Shown: one piece after another, positions 16,252 to 25,942 of the stretch
Position numbering within the stretch: the first letter of the stretch is position 1
How the letters are laid out: every line of letters starts with the position of its first letter
Position numbers and translations under genes: made by a program
Assembly: GCF_033795525.1 (NCBI RefSeq)
Contig: NZ_JARYGM010000001.1
Span: 206,614-270,613 of the forward strand
Direction of reading: 5' to 3'
Length of the DNA: 64,000 nucleotides
DNA from: Pigmentiphaga sp.
Lineage (GTDB): Bacteria; Pseudomonadota; Gammaproteobacteria; Burkholderiales; Burkholderiaceae_B
Notes under the pieces: generated by a model
What the model saw: the letters and a program-made list of their open reading frames with translations, nothing else
The model's database searches: none
Told to the model about the DNA's origin: nothing

Positions 16252-17757
16252 CTAGCGGCGCTGCTCCACCGCCGTGGCGGCGACGAGCCGTACGGCTGCC
16301 AGATCCGCGCCGGTCAGGACCCCGCCGCGCCCCAGCAGGCGGCCGAATTCCCAATTGGACAGCCCCAGCTCCGGTTTGCCGAGCGCATACTGGCCGTCGA
16401 CCCAACGGGTGAAGCCGTCGCCCACGAAAGGAGCGTCGATGCGGGCGCGAAAACGACGGTGCGCCTCGCGATCCTCAGCGATCAAGCTGGCGACGAAACG
16501 CGGACTATGCCGATTGAACAGCGCGATCGCCTCGTCCACCGACTCGACCACCGCCAGCGTGAGTTCCGGCGTTTCCTCCCACTCCCATTCCTGGCCCAGC
16601 CGCTCTTCAGGCAGGGGGGTGGCGTAAGGCTCTTCGACGTCGCCCGCCGCGCGCCGCACGATGGTGGGGCGCTGGAACAGTTCCGACGGCACGAAGGGCT
16701 CGGCCGAGGGCGTGACGTGCAACCGCGGCGTGCCGCGTAGCGCACAGCCCGCCTCGTCGATGGCGCGCAGAAACCTCGGCACCAGGTCCTCCACGCGGCT
16801 ACGCACGATGCAACAGACGTTCAAGGTATTACAGACCTTGCGATCGAGAGAATGGCGCACCGAACGCTCGAACCGCTCCGCGTCCGCGCTAGGATCGGCG
16901 ACCAACCATGCCCCACCCGTCCCGTGGGCGCTGACCGGCACGCCGGCCTGGCGCGCGACGCTGCTCAATTGCATGACTGCCTCGCCGGATCCCCGCGCGA
17001 CCGCCAAAGCGAGACGGCTGTCGCTGAACATGGCCCAGCCGGCAGCGCGATCCTCGAGCTCGACGAGGCTCACGGCGCCGGACGGCAGGCCTGCCGCGGC
17101 CAGGGCCGGCTCCAGCGCGTGGCGCAGGAGCGCGGACGCGGTCCCTAGCGCGTCACTGCCGATGCGCAATACGGCGGCATTGCCGGTGGACAGCACACCG
17201 CAGGCATCGACGAGCACATTGGGACGTCCCTCGAACACGAAACCGATCACGCCCAACGGAACACGGACCACCTCCACCTGCCAATCGCCGTGGTCGACGC
17301 GATCGACCACGCGGCGATCCGCGGCCGCCAGCCCGGGCCACACGCGCAGTCCGTCTATCATCGCGGCGCGCATCTTGTCCGAGACCCGGAGCCGGGTGGT
17401 CGAGCGGCCCCGTTGCATCGCCCGCCGCACGTCCTCGTCGTTGGCCGCCATCACCCGTTCCCAGACGTCGTTACGGGCCAGCGCATCCGCGAACACATGG
17501 TAGAACCGGTCCACCGAACCGGGCGGAACCTGGGCCAGCGCCTCGAAGGCCGCCCGGGCCTCCGCCACCCGGGCTCGCACGACCTCGTCCACGCGCCCCG
17601 GAATGCGCAGCAATGCGCCGGTTTCCTGAACCACTAGCAGCCGGTCGCCAGGACCGAAGGCGTTCGCCAGCGCCTCGCCCACCCGCGTGTACCGGTTTCC
17701 ACCATAGGGAATCATCATCCCCGGTTCCAGACGATCCAGGGTTCCGTGCTCATTCAT
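16252..17757 (-). CDS. gamma-glutamyl-phosphate reductase (ProA)-like aldehyde dehydrogenase with N-terminal extension
   Basis: PLGVIGFVFEGRPNVLVDA, LRIGSDALGT, KVCNTLNVCCIV (catalytic Cys context) and SPRFVASLIAED resemble ProA. It carries about 55 extra N-terminal residues. GGAGAG SD before ATG 17757. Confidence 0.7.
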   Translation of the reverse strand: MNEHGTLDRLEPGMMIPYGGNRYTRVGEALANAFGPGDRLLVVQETGALLRIPGRVDEVVRARVAEARAAFEALAQVPPGSVDRFYHVFADALARNDVWERVMAANDEDVRRAMQRGRSTTRLRVSDKMRAAMIDGLRVWPGLAAADRRVVDRVDHGDWQVEVVRVPLGVIGFVFEGRPNVLVDACGVLSTGNAAVLRIGSDALGTASALLRHALEPALAAAGLPSGAVSLVELEDRAAGWAMFSDSRLALAVARGSGEAVMQLSSVARQAGVPVSAHGTGGAWLVADPSADAERFERSVRHSLDRKVCNTLNVCCIVRSRVEDLVPRFLRAIDEAGCALRGTPRLHVTPSAEPFVPSELFQRPTIVRRAAGDVEEPYATPLPEERLGQEWEWEETPELTLAVVESVDEAIALFNRHSPRFVASLIAEDREAHRRFRARIDAPFVGDGFTRWVDGQYALGKPELGLSNWEFGRLLGRGGVLTGADLAAVRLVAATAVEQRR

Positions 17758-18064
17758 TGAAACTCTCCTTGACCCGCCGCTACGGCGGACGCGGGCCTTG
17801 GCAACCATATTACTCCGCCAGCGGCGTTGGACGGCTTGCTCGGGCGCCCTCACTTTCGTTCAACGGACGAGTATTTTTTACCAGCGCGCCGGGAAGCAGC
17901 CCTGCTCCGCGCCCCCGCGACACCTCTTCGAGGGCTGGCGCGGAAATTGATACTGCAGGGCTTGCACCCCGGCCCAAGCGGCCACACCCGGGAGAGAACC
18001 AGCCCGGGCGGCGGATTCATCGGCCTGGAGATCGGCCGACACGGGCAATCACTACAGGACCACT

Positions 18065-19210
18065 ATGGCAAATCGTCCTTTCCGGATCGGTATTTCCGGC
18101 TCCTACGGCGGATTGAATCTTGGCGACGAAGCGATTCTCGAGAGCATCGTGTCGCAGCTGCGCGCCGGCACATCGGTCGACATCACCGTCTTTTCACGCA
18201 ACGCGCAGGACACCGAACAGCGCCATGAAGTCGACCGGGCCGTTCCGGTCCGCGAACTGTCCCGCAATGAGGCGAGACAGGAGATCGCACGGCTCGACCT
18301 GTTAGTGCTGGGTGGCGGAGGTATCCTGTTCGATGCGGAAGTCGACATCTACCTGCGCGAGGTGCTGCTTGCAAACGAGCTGGGCATTCCAGTCATGGTT
18401 TACGCGGTCAGCGCGGGGCCGCTTGCGCAGCGGTCCAGCCGCGAACTGGCCCGCCAGGCACTGATGCCTGCCGCGCTCGTCACGGTGCGAGACCGCCAGG
18501 GCGCCCGCCTGCTGGAGGAAGTCGGCCTGCAGCGGGCCATTCATGTCACCGCCGACCCTGCCTTGTTGATGAAGGCCCAGCCGCTGCCGGAAGATGCCTT
18601 GACACGCGAAGGCCTGGACCTGCCCCGCCGCCGGATCGGATTTTCGGTTCGGGAACCCGGTCCGGCGGCGCCTGGCATGAGCGCCGGCCACTATCACGAC
18701 CTGCTCGCCAACGCGGCCGACTTCATGGTGCGACGTCTCGATGCCGACGTCGTTTTCATCCCGCTGGAGCGGGGCAACAAAGACCTGCAGCACAGCCACG
18801 CGGTCGTCGCCCAGATGCAATGCGCGCAGCGCGCCACGGTCCTCAAAGGGGAGTACAGCCCCGGCCAGCTGATGACCATCATCGAGAGCTTCGAATTCTG
18901 CGTCGGCATGCGGCTGCATTTCCTCATTTTTTCCGCGCTGCAGGGCGTGCCTTTCGTGGCGCTGCCCTATGCCTCCAAAGTCACCGGCCTCCTCCAGGAC
19001 CTGGACATGGACACACCACCGCTGGACGACGTGAATCCCGGGCGGCTGCTTGCGACCATCGACCATGCGTGGGACTACCGTGCCCATATCCAGGCCCGTA
19101 TCCAGGAGCGCCTGCCTGCCCTGCAAGAGCGGGCCCGCGAAAACAACCGGCTGCTCGTCTCGTTGCTGACGCAGCTCGGCGCCCGCGCGGCCGCCAATGA
19201 AGGGGGATGA
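18065..19210 (+). CDS. polysaccharide pyruvyl transferase family protein (CsaB/WcaK-like)
   Basis: RIGISGSYGGLNLGDEAILESIV, LLVLGGGGILFD and VGMRLHFLIFSALQGVPFVALPYASKV are PS_pyruv_trans motifs. Confidence 0.75.
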   Translation: MANRPFRIGISGSYGGLNLGDEAILESIVSQLRAGTSVDITVFSRNAQDTEQRHEVDRAVPVRELSRNEARQEIARLDLLVLGGGGILFDAEVDIYLREVLLANELGIPVMVYAVSAGPLAQRSSRELARQALMPAALVTVRDRQGARLLEEVGLQRAIHVTADPALLMKAQPLPEDALTREGLDLPRRRIGFSVREPGPAAPGMSAGHYHDLLANAADFMVRRLDADVVFIPLERGNKDLQHSHAVVAQMQCAQRATVLKGEYSPGQLMTIIESFEFCVGMRLHFLIFSALQGVPFVALPYASKVTGLLQDLDMDTPPLDDVNPGRLLATIDHAWDYRAHIQARIQERLPALQERARENNRLLVSLLTQLGARAAANEGG

Positions 19211-19211
19211 A

Positions 19212-20639
19212 ATGCCCATACTGGAGAAACCTGCCGACATTACCGAGCTCACCTTGTCTCCCCGGCGCGCAAAGCTGGCGGCCGAGACCGACGTTCTCGT
19301 GGTTGGCGGCGGTCCCGCCGGGATCGGCGCCGCGCTGGGCGCCGCCCGCGCGGGCGCGGACGTGATCCTGGTGGAGCGCTACGGCTTCCTCGGCGGCAAC
19401 GCGACCGCCGCCCTGGTCATGCCGCTGATGTCTTTCCATACCCAGCGGCCGACGTTCGAGAAACTCGGCGTCAGCAACCTGCTGCCGAACGACCACGGTC
19501 CCGGCCATCCCGTCATCGCGGGCGCGCTGAAGGAGCTGCTCGAATATCTGGTACAGCGCGGCGGCGCCATTTCGCCTTCGCTCGCGACCGGCTATGTCGT
19601 TCCGTTCGACCCCGAGATCTTCAAATGGGCGGCGCTCGACCTGCTCGACAAGGCCGGCGTTCGCATCCTGTTCCATGCCTTTGCCAGCGGCGTCTACGGG
19701 GACGGTCATGCCCAAGGGGGGATATTCGAAACGAAAAGCGGCCCGCTCGTCATCAAGGCGGGCACCATCGTGGACGCCACCGGTGACGGAGATATCGCCG
19801 CCCTGGCCGGCGCCGACTGCGACATCGGCCGAGAGGAAGACGGTTTAGTGCAACCGATGACGCTCATGTTCCGCATGGCCGACTTCGAACACGCGGCCTT
19901 CCAGGCCTACGCGCAACGGCATCCAGATCAGTGGCGCGGCGTCCACGGCCTATGGGATCTCGTGCAGCAAGCCACGGCGACCGGCGAACTGGACCTGGCG
20001 CGGGAAGACATCCTGTTCTTCGCTACGCCGCACCCGCGCGAAGTCAGCGTCAACTCCACCCGGGTCACGCGAGTGCTGGGCACCGACGTCTGGGACTGGA
20101 GCTGCGCGGAATGGGAAAGCCGGCGCCAGCTCGACCAGATCGTGCGCTTCCTGCGCAAGTACGTACCTGGCTTCGAAAGAAGCTATGCGGTGCAAAGCGG
20201 CGTGCACACCGGCGTGCGCGAAACGCGCCGTATCGTCGGCGAATACCAGCTCACCGCCGAAGACCTGCTGAGCGCACGCAAGTTTCCCGACGCCATCGCA
20301 CGCGGTTCGTATCCGGTGGACATCCATAACCCGACGGGCAAGGGCACTCTGCTCAAGCGCATTCCCGCCGATGATGCCTATGACATTCCCTTGCGTGCGC
20401 TCATTCCTCAGCGCGTCGAACGGGTAGTGGTGGCTGGCCGGTGCATCTCCGGAACACATGAGGCGCATTCCTCTTATCGCGTGATGCCGATCGCCATGGC
20501 GACCGGCCAGGCAGCCGGCGTCTGCGCCGCGATGGCGGCGAGGCGCCGCATCGTGCCTCGCGACGTAGCCGCGGACGAAGTGCGACAGGAGTTGATCCGG
20601 CAGGGAGCGAACCTGGGCGAGCCGGCGAAGACGGCTTAG
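19212..20639 (+). CDS. FAD-dependent oxidoreductase (PF12831-like), paralog of 12659-14092
   Basis: DVLVVGGGPAGIGAALGAA, VDATGDGDI, LMFRM, VPGFE, GVRETRR and AGRCIS. The ATG is 1 nt after the pyruvyl-transferase stop. Confidence 0.8.
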   Translation: MPILEKPADITELTLSPRRAKLAAETDVLVVGGGPAGIGAALGAARAGADVILVERYGFLGGNATAALVMPLMSFHTQRPTFEKLGVSNLLPNDHGPGHPVIAGALKELLEYLVQRGGAISPSLATGYVVPFDPEIFKWAALDLLDKAGVRILFHAFASGVYGDGHAQGGIFETKSGPLVIKAGTIVDATGDGDIAALAGADCDIGREEDGLVQPMTLMFRMADFEHAAFQAYAQRHPDQWRGVHGLWDLVQQATATGELDLAREDILFFATPHPREVSVNSTRVTRVLGTDVWDWSCAEWESRRQLDQIVRFLRKYVPGFERSYAVQSGVHTGVRETRRIVGEYQLTAEDLLSARKFPDAIARGSYPVDIHNPTGKGTLLKRIPADDAYDIPLRALIPQRVERVVVAGRCISGTHEAHSSYRVMPIAMATGQAAGVCAAMAARRRIVPRDVAADEVRQELIRQGANLGEPAKTA

Positions 20640-20727
20640 ACGCCGTCCGTGGTGCCAACGGTACCGGCGTAGCGGCCGCCTCTTGATTCTGAACGATGAC
20701 CGAGGAGGCGATCCGCGCGGCTTGATT

Positions 20728-20747
20728 TAGATGATGATCATAATCTA
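20728..20747. promoter_or_regulatory. 20-bp near-perfect palindrome, probable TetR operator
   Basis: TAGATGATGATCATAATCTA (18/20 self-complementary). AT-rich, 33-52 nt upstream of the TetR ATG at 20780. Confidence 0.45.
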
Positions 20748-20779
20748 TCATGCGCCTGGTCAACGCACCGGAGGCATCC

Positions 20780-21382
20780 ATGCGGGTAAGCCGAGCACAA
20801 GCCGAACACAACCGCGCCAGGGTCATCGATACGGCGAGCCATCTTTTTCGCGAGCGTGGCCTCAACGGCATCGGCGTCGCCGATCTCATGAAAGCCGCAG
20901 GCCTCACCCATGGCGGCTTCTATCGACAATTCGACTCCAAGGAAGACCTGGTGGTGGCGGCCTGCCGCCACAGCGTCGCCCAAAGCCGCGAAGCTTGGAG
21001 CAAAGTACTGACGAAAGCGGCAAACAGCCGCCTTGCCGCCCTGGTCCGCTTTTACCTGTCGCGCTCCCATCGCGATCAACCGGGCGTGGGCTGCCCCTTC
21101 GCGGCCCTGGGGCCGGATGCCGCCCGCGCTGGCAACGCCGTGCGAGAGGCCTTTGCAGAAGGCATCGAGCAGCGCGTGGCCATGCTGGGCGAACTCCTGC
21201 GCTCCCGCGATGCAGGAACGCGGCGAAAACAAGCCATCGCGATGCTGTCCACCATGGTAGGCGCATTGCTGCTCTCGCGGGCGGCCGGGGACGAAGCCCT
21301 TTCCCGGGAGATCCTGGATGCCGCGGCCGATGAACTCATCACCGGCCACACCGCCGCCCCGGACACGGGAACCCATCCATGA
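20780..21382 (+). CDS. TetR/AcrR-family transcriptional regulator
   Basis: MRVSRAQAEHNRARVIDTASHLFRERGLNGIGVADLMKAAGLTHGGFYRQFDSKEDL. GGAGGC SD present. The longer form starting at 20750 is less likely. Confidence 0.85.
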   Translation: MRVSRAQAEHNRARVIDTASHLFRERGLNGIGVADLMKAAGLTHGGFYRQFDSKEDLVVAACRHSVAQSREAWSKVLTKAANSRLAALVRFYLSRSHRDQPGVGCPFAALGPDAARAGNAVREAFAEGIEQRVAMLGELLRSRDAGTRRKQAIAMLSTMVGALLLSRAAGDEALSREILDAAADELITGHTAAPDTGTHP

Positions 21383-21876
21383 CCGGGCACGGACATCCAT
21401 CGCCACCCGCTCGCCACGACCAGCCAGCCCCGCAACAGCTCGCCGGACTAGATCGCGTACGGGCCCTGGCCGACGGCCGGACGCCCGCGCCATCGATGGC
21501 GCAAACCCTGCCGGCAACGGTCCTTGCGCCCGCGCCCGGTCACGTCGAACTTCGCGCGACGCCCGATGGGCGATTTCTCAATCCCATGGGCACCGTCCAC
21601 GGCGGCTGGATGTTGACCATGCTGGACACCGCCATGGCCTTGGCCGCGCAGACGACCTTGCAAGCAGGCGAGGACGGCCCTACCCATGAAACCTCGGCAA
21701 AGTTCGTACGCCCCATTCTGCCCGATGGAAAACCCTTCCGCATTTTCGGTACGGTGGTCTCGCGCGGCCGCGGTCTCATTACCGTCGATGGACGCATTGA
21801 AGACGAAACCGGCAAACTCTATGCTCATGGAACGTCGACGTGCGTGGTCGTCCGCCGGGAGGTCGCGGGTGGATGA
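21379..21876 (+). CDS. PaaI-family (hotdog) thioesterase
   Basis: NPMGTVHGGWMLTMLDTAMALAA...TSAKFVRP...GRIEDETGKLYAHGTSTCVV. ATGA overlap with the TetR stop. Confidence 0.8.
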   Translation: MTGHGHPSPPARHDQPAPQQLAGLDRVRALADGRTPAPSMAQTLPATVLAPAPGHVELRATPDGRFLNPMGTVHGGWMLTMLDTAMALAAQTTLQAGEDGPTHETSAKFVRPILPDGKPFRIFGTVVSRGRGLITVDGRIEDETGKLYAHGTSTCVVVRREVAGG

Positions 21877-22145
21877 TCCGTCCGGCTAGCACCCGATCAG
21901 ATAGCGACGGCTTCTCGGCCATCGATCGCACTTCGCAGAGAACGACTTCGGTCCCGCTGTGGACCGCCTGCTGCGGCCGGCAATCCCTGAGTGGCCGCTG
22001 GCACGTTCGTCAGCCTGAGATTGTTGACAATTATTGAATTGACACGGCAATTTTTCCATCTTTATCCATTCCAGGTTAACCGACATCATGACGTCCGTGG
22101 TGCTACTGCACGCACTTCGTCAAAACCCTGAATGGAAAAATTGCC

Positions 22146-22472
22146 ATGAACGCGAAACTGACCCTGACCGCCTTGTGCCTGAGCCTCTCTGGACTGGCCT
22201 TCGGAGCCTCCGCTGCCGAAAGCGACAACCCCATGCCGGAGATCACCAAAGGAACATCCAGCCGCGCCGAAGTCCTGGCCGACCTGGCCTTGTGGAAGCG
22301 CGCCGGTGTGCCGGAATACATGCTGGAGTCCGGCCCGGACTTCGCCAACCCCAAGTATCGCGAAGCCTTTGCGCGCTACGAAAGCCTGCGCAACAGCGCT
22401 GAGTATGCCCGCGAGGTCGACCGCATCGCCCGGGCGCGTGGCGAGCGCCTTTCGCTGGCCAGCGGCGGCTGA
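22146..22472 (+). CDS. DUF4148-family secreted protein
   Basis: Signal peptide ending FGASAAE, then SRAEVLADLALWKRAGV, the DUF4148 motif common in Burkholderiales. Confidence 0.7.
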   Translation: MNAKLTLTALCLSLSGLAFGASAAESDNPMPEITKGTSSRAEVLADLALWKRAGVPEYMLESGPDFANPKYREAFARYESLRNSAEYAREVDRIARARGERLSLASGG

Positions 22473-22547
22473 TGTCGTGACGGTGGTGCTTCCGCCGTGG
22501 ACGCGTCCCGCGGACACCACTTTTTCTGTACGAGAGACATTCCCACC

Positions 22548-23756
22548 GTGAAAACGTCACGTAACTCGATCGTTGTCGCGTTCTGGGCGGCAGTCGGCTT
22601 GGCGGCGCTTCTGACCGCTGCAGCTTGCGCCGGCGGCGGCCAAAAGAACGGCTCGGCGCGTCCCGCCTCCTTCGATGCCTATCGGCAAGAGATGGTGCAG
22701 ATGCTGCAGCAGCGACGCGCCTTCCAAAGCTCCGACAGCATGTCCGAGCTCGCGTGGAATGCGCCGCGCGAATGGCGCCCCGAAAAGACGCCGCAGCGAG
22801 GCGTGCTGCTGGTGCACGGTTTAGGAGATTCTCCCTGGTCTTTTCACGATGTCGGCAAGCAGCTGGCCGACGATGGGTTTCTGGTCCGGGCGATACTGCT
22901 GCCAGGCCACGGAACGCGCCCTGAGGACATGCTGGACGTAACGCTTGAAGACTGGCGCCGAGTGGTGGCGGAACAGGCCGCGGCGTTGCGTCATGAGGTC
23001 GAACAAATCTATCTGGGCGGATTCTCAACAGGTGCGAACCTGGTCCTCGATTATGCGTACGCGCATGCGGACGTCGCTGGCCTGCTTCTTTTTTCGCCCG
23101 CCTTCAAGTCGAACAGTGCCTACGATTGGCTGACGCCGCTCATCGCGTGGGCTCGACCATGGCTGCTGGAACCGGACAACGTCCGGCCGATGCAAAATGC
23201 CGTGCGATACATGACGGTGCCGACGAACGGCTTTGTGCAGTTTTATCGAAGCAGCGTCCGGGCGCGCGATTCGCTGCGGAAGAATGCGTACGACAAGCCG
23301 ACCTTGATGGTTGTGGCCGAACATGATTCGGTGCTAGCCACCGCTTACCTGTCGAAAATGTTCAGCTCGCGTTTCACCCATCCCGCCAGTCGCTTGATCT
23401 GGTACGGCGATTCGCCTGGTCCGGAAAGCGGTGATCCGCGCATCGTGGTGCGCAAGGACAAGCTCCCGGAACTCCGCATCAGCCAGTTTTCCCACATGGG
23501 CCTGCTGTTTTCGCCAGACAACGAACTCTATGGAGCCGAGGGCCGGCTTCGCCTTTGCTGGAACGGACAGACCGAACCCGCACGGCTAGCCTGCGAGCAG
23601 GGCGCGCCCGTGTGGTTTTCCGAATGGGGTTATCGAGAGGCGGGAAAAATCCATGCGCGGCTGACTTTCAACCCTTATTTCAAATGGCAAAGTCGCGTCA
23701 TGAGGGAGGTGCTGGCCGCTTCCTCGGAAGTCGGCGTGGCCGTCGCAGCGCGATAA
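22548..23756 (+). CDS. alpha/beta-hydrolase lipoprotein
   Basis: Lipobox LLTAAAC, GVLLVHGLGDSPW and the nucleophile elbow GGFSTG. GTG 22548 chosen as start (uncertain). Confidence 0.7.
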   Translation: MKTSRNSIVVAFWAAVGLAALLTAAACAGGGQKNGSARPASFDAYRQEMVQMLQQRRAFQSSDSMSELAWNAPREWRPEKTPQRGVLLVHGLGDSPWSFHDVGKQLADDGFLVRAILLPGHGTRPEDMLDVTLEDWRRVVAEQAAALRHEVEQIYLGGFSTGANLVLDYAYAHADVAGLLLFSPAFKSNSAYDWLTPLIAWARPWLLEPDNVRPMQNAVRYMTVPTNGFVQFYRSSVRARDSLRKNAYDKPTLMVVAEHDSVLATAYLSKMFSSRFTHPASRLIWYGDSPGPESGDPRIVVRKDKLPELRISQFSHMGLLFSPDNELYGAEGRLRLCWNGQTEPARLACEQGAPVWFSEWGYREAGKIHARLTFNPYFKWQSRVMREVLAASSEVGVAVAAR

Positions 23757-23870
23757 CGGATGCCCTCCCAAACGTATCAAATCGCGCCATTGCCCTGCCC
23801 GCGCTGTCGGGAGCCATTTCCCGCGCGCGGAAGACGCGGGGTTATACCGTTTCAATCACGATAAGCTCTC

Positions 23871-24785
23871 ATGGACCGCCTTACCGCGTTGCAACTGTTC
23901 AACCGAATCGTTGAGCTGGGCAGCTTCACCGAAGCTGCCGAAATGCTAGCCATCCCGCGCGCGACCGCGACTCATGCCATCAAGCAGCTTGAGAACCGGT
24001 TGGGCGCGCGACTGCTCGACCGCACCACGCGGCACGTCAAGCCGACCCTGGACGGCCAGGCCTTCTACGAACGAAGCCGGCGCATTCTGGCTGAACTGGA
24101 GGATGCCGAGTCCTCGCTGAGCACCCAGATCGCCAATCCACACGGGACACTGCGGCTGGACGTCCATGGCGTACACGCCACGACAGTCATCCTGCCGCGC
24201 ATCGCCGAGTTCAGGGACCGCTATCCCCACATCGAAGTCGTCCTGAGTTGCGGCGACCGCCTGGTTGACCTGGTGAAAGAAGGCATCGACTGCGTCGTGC
24301 GCGCGGGCCAACCGCGCGATTCCTCACTCGTCGTCAGAAAACTGGTGGACCTGGAAGAGATCATCTGCGCCAGCCCGGAATACCTGGCCCGCTACGGAAC
24401 GCCGACGCATCCCTCCGAATTGGAACGGCATCATGCGGTCGGCTTTTTCTCGCGGGGCAGCGATCATCGCTATCCGTTCTCCGTCATGGTGGACGGGCAG
24501 CTGCAGGAGTTCCAGGCCCGCGGCTGGATGTCCGTCAGCGACGCGGAATGCTATACGAGTGCCGCGCTTGGCGGTTGCGGGCTGATCCAAGTGCCTCGCT
24601 TCCGCCTGGAAGACTACCTGCGCGATGGTCGCCTGGTGCGAGTCTTGGCCGATTGGCCGTGCCCGGACCTGCCGGTCAGCGTGCTCTACCCCTTTCATCG
24701 GCAACTCTCACCGCGGGTCCGCGTATTTATCGATTGGGTCCGCGAGCTGTACGGCGAAACGTTCAGGCGCCGCCCGGGCAAGTGA
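23871..24785 (+). CDS. LysR-family transcriptional regulator
   Basis: MDRLTALQLFNRIVELGSFTEAAEMLAIPRATATHAIKQLENRLGARLL. Confidence 0.9.
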   Translation: MDRLTALQLFNRIVELGSFTEAAEMLAIPRATATHAIKQLENRLGARLLDRTTRHVKPTLDGQAFYERSRRILAELEDAESSLSTQIANPHGTLRLDVHGVHATTVILPRIAEFRDRYPHIEVVLSCGDRLVDLVKEGIDCVVRAGQPRDSSLVVRKLVDLEEIICASPEYLARYGTPTHPSELERHHAVGFFSRGSDHRYPFSVMVDGQLQEFQARGWMSVSDAECYTSAALGGCGLIQVPRFRLEDYLRDGRLVRVLADWPCPDLPVSVLYPFHRQLSPRVRVFIDWVRELYGETFRRRPGK

Positions 24786-24861
24786 CGGCGGATGGGACGC
24801 AAGAGCGAGGTCTTCGCGACGGCGGGCGGACACGTGCCGGTTTAACTATCAGGCAGAGACA

Positions 24862-24903
24862 GGAAAGAGAAAGGCCTTTCGAGCAGACTGCCCGAAAGGC
24901 CTT
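24862..24903 (-). terminator. rho-independent terminator downstream of tRNA-Pro
   Basis: The minus strand reads AAGGCCTTTCG-N11-CGAAAGGCCTT followed by TCTCTTTCC. Confidence 0.6.
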
Positions 24904-24911
24904 GATTGTAT

Positions 24912-24988
24912 TGGTCGGGGCGGCGGGATTCGAACTCGCGACCCTCTGCTCCCAAAGCAGATGCGCTACCAGGCTGCGCTACGCCCCG
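24912..24988 (-). tRNA. tRNA-Pro (anticodon TGG)
   Basis: The reverse complement is CGGGGCGTAGCGCAGCCTGGTAGCGCATCTGCTTTGGGAGCAGAGGGTCGCGAGTTCGAATCCCGCCGCCCCGACCA. Anticodon loop is TTTGGGA. There is one A:C mismatch in the T stem. Confidence 0.9.
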
Positions 24989-25050
24989 ATTGGCGTCATT
25001 GTATCTCAAACCCTCTAGCGGCCCCACCGGTAAATGAGCCAAGCTATGGT

Positions 25051-25290
25051 ATGGCGCTTTACCCATTGACCCACAAGGCCATCGTCAATCAGCAGCCTCT
25101 CGCGAAGGAGGGATTCTTGAACGGTGGAGGTGGATTGTACCTGCGTCTGCGGCCCGTTGGGTCCAGACTCCGGCCTTTCCGCTTCTCCACGCCAATGGAC
25201 AAACCGGGTCCCGCGGGCAGAATCTCGACCGGCCGTTACTTGAGAATCCGCCTGCCATCCGAACGGCAGTCTGCCCCATCAGGGTGTCCA
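25051..25290 (+). pseudogene. remnant of a P4-type tyrosine integrase (N-terminal DUF4102-like part only)
   Basis: LTHKAIVNQQPLAKEGFLNGGGGLYLRLRPVGSRLRPFRF...GRYLRIRLPSERQ resembles LTD..I..L.P..K...L.DGGGLYL.V.P.GSK.W.FRY...LG.YP..SLAEAR. No catalytic domain follows. Confidence 0.55.
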
Positions 25291-25453
25291 GATTCGGAAG
25301 CGGTGTCATGCTGTGCCGGCGACTTTACGTACAAGCGTTCCGCCCCTTTAGACCGGCCCACCTGGCGTATGACTTGTCATGTGTCATGCCATAAATGGAC
25401 CATGGACTTCGGCGGCCCACTATGAGCAGCTCCCGCCCTGAAATGGACCAATG

Positions 25454-25942
25454 CTATCGGAATCTGTCATAGCGCCGGCTGATCGTCTCCGCAACACACA
25501 CAGGCTTGGTCGAACCCTCGCGCTCGATGCGAGACTCCCAAGTCAGCTCGACGACGCTGACGTCCGGCCGGTCGGGCATGGACGGTAGCCGCTGCATGTC
25601 CTTCAGCCTGATGCGGGCGCGAACCCTGCTGTCCCGAGGAACCGGCGCGGGGAACCGGACCTTGTTGAGCCCATAGTTGATGCTCATGTCGGCGGGCGGC
25701 AGCGCCAGGGCCTGGCGCATCAAATCCGGCAAGAGAGAAAGCGTCAGGTAACCGTGCGCAATCGTGGTGCCAAACGCCGACTCCTGTCGGGCCCGCTCCT
25801 GATCCACGTGTATCCATTGATGGTCCCCCGTAGCTTGCGCGAACAGGTCTATGCGTTGCTGGTCCACGCGCACCCACGGGCTGACGGCAATTTCTTTTCC
25901 GATCTGTTCATGCAGTTCATCGAGCGTCCGGATGGTCCGCAT
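25454..25942 (-). CDS. MaoC-like (R-specific) enoyl-CoA hydratase/dehydratase
   Basis: VDQQRIDLFAQATGDHQWIHVDQERARQESAFGTTIAHGYLTLSLL is the MaoC hotdog motif. Confidence 0.85.
   Translation of the reverse strand: MRTIRTLDELHEQIGKEIAVSPWVRVDQQRIDLFAQATGDHQWIHVDQERARQESAFGTTIAHGYLTLSLLPDLMRQALALPPADMSINYGLNKVRFPAPVPRDSRVRARIRLKDMQRLPSMPDRPDVSVVELTWESRIEREGSTKPVCVAETISRRYDRFR

Noticed and set aside
17936-17950. TGGCGC-ggaaa-TTGA upstream of the pyruvyl transferase gene.
   Set aside because: The -12 element lacks the conserved GC (TTGA), so it is not called.
21990-22060. Two TTGACA hexamers (attgTTGACAattattgaaTTGACAcgg) upstream of the DUF4148 gene.
   Set aside because: This is probably just an ordinary sigma70 -35 region. 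I could not pair either hexamer with a convincing -10, so no feature is called.
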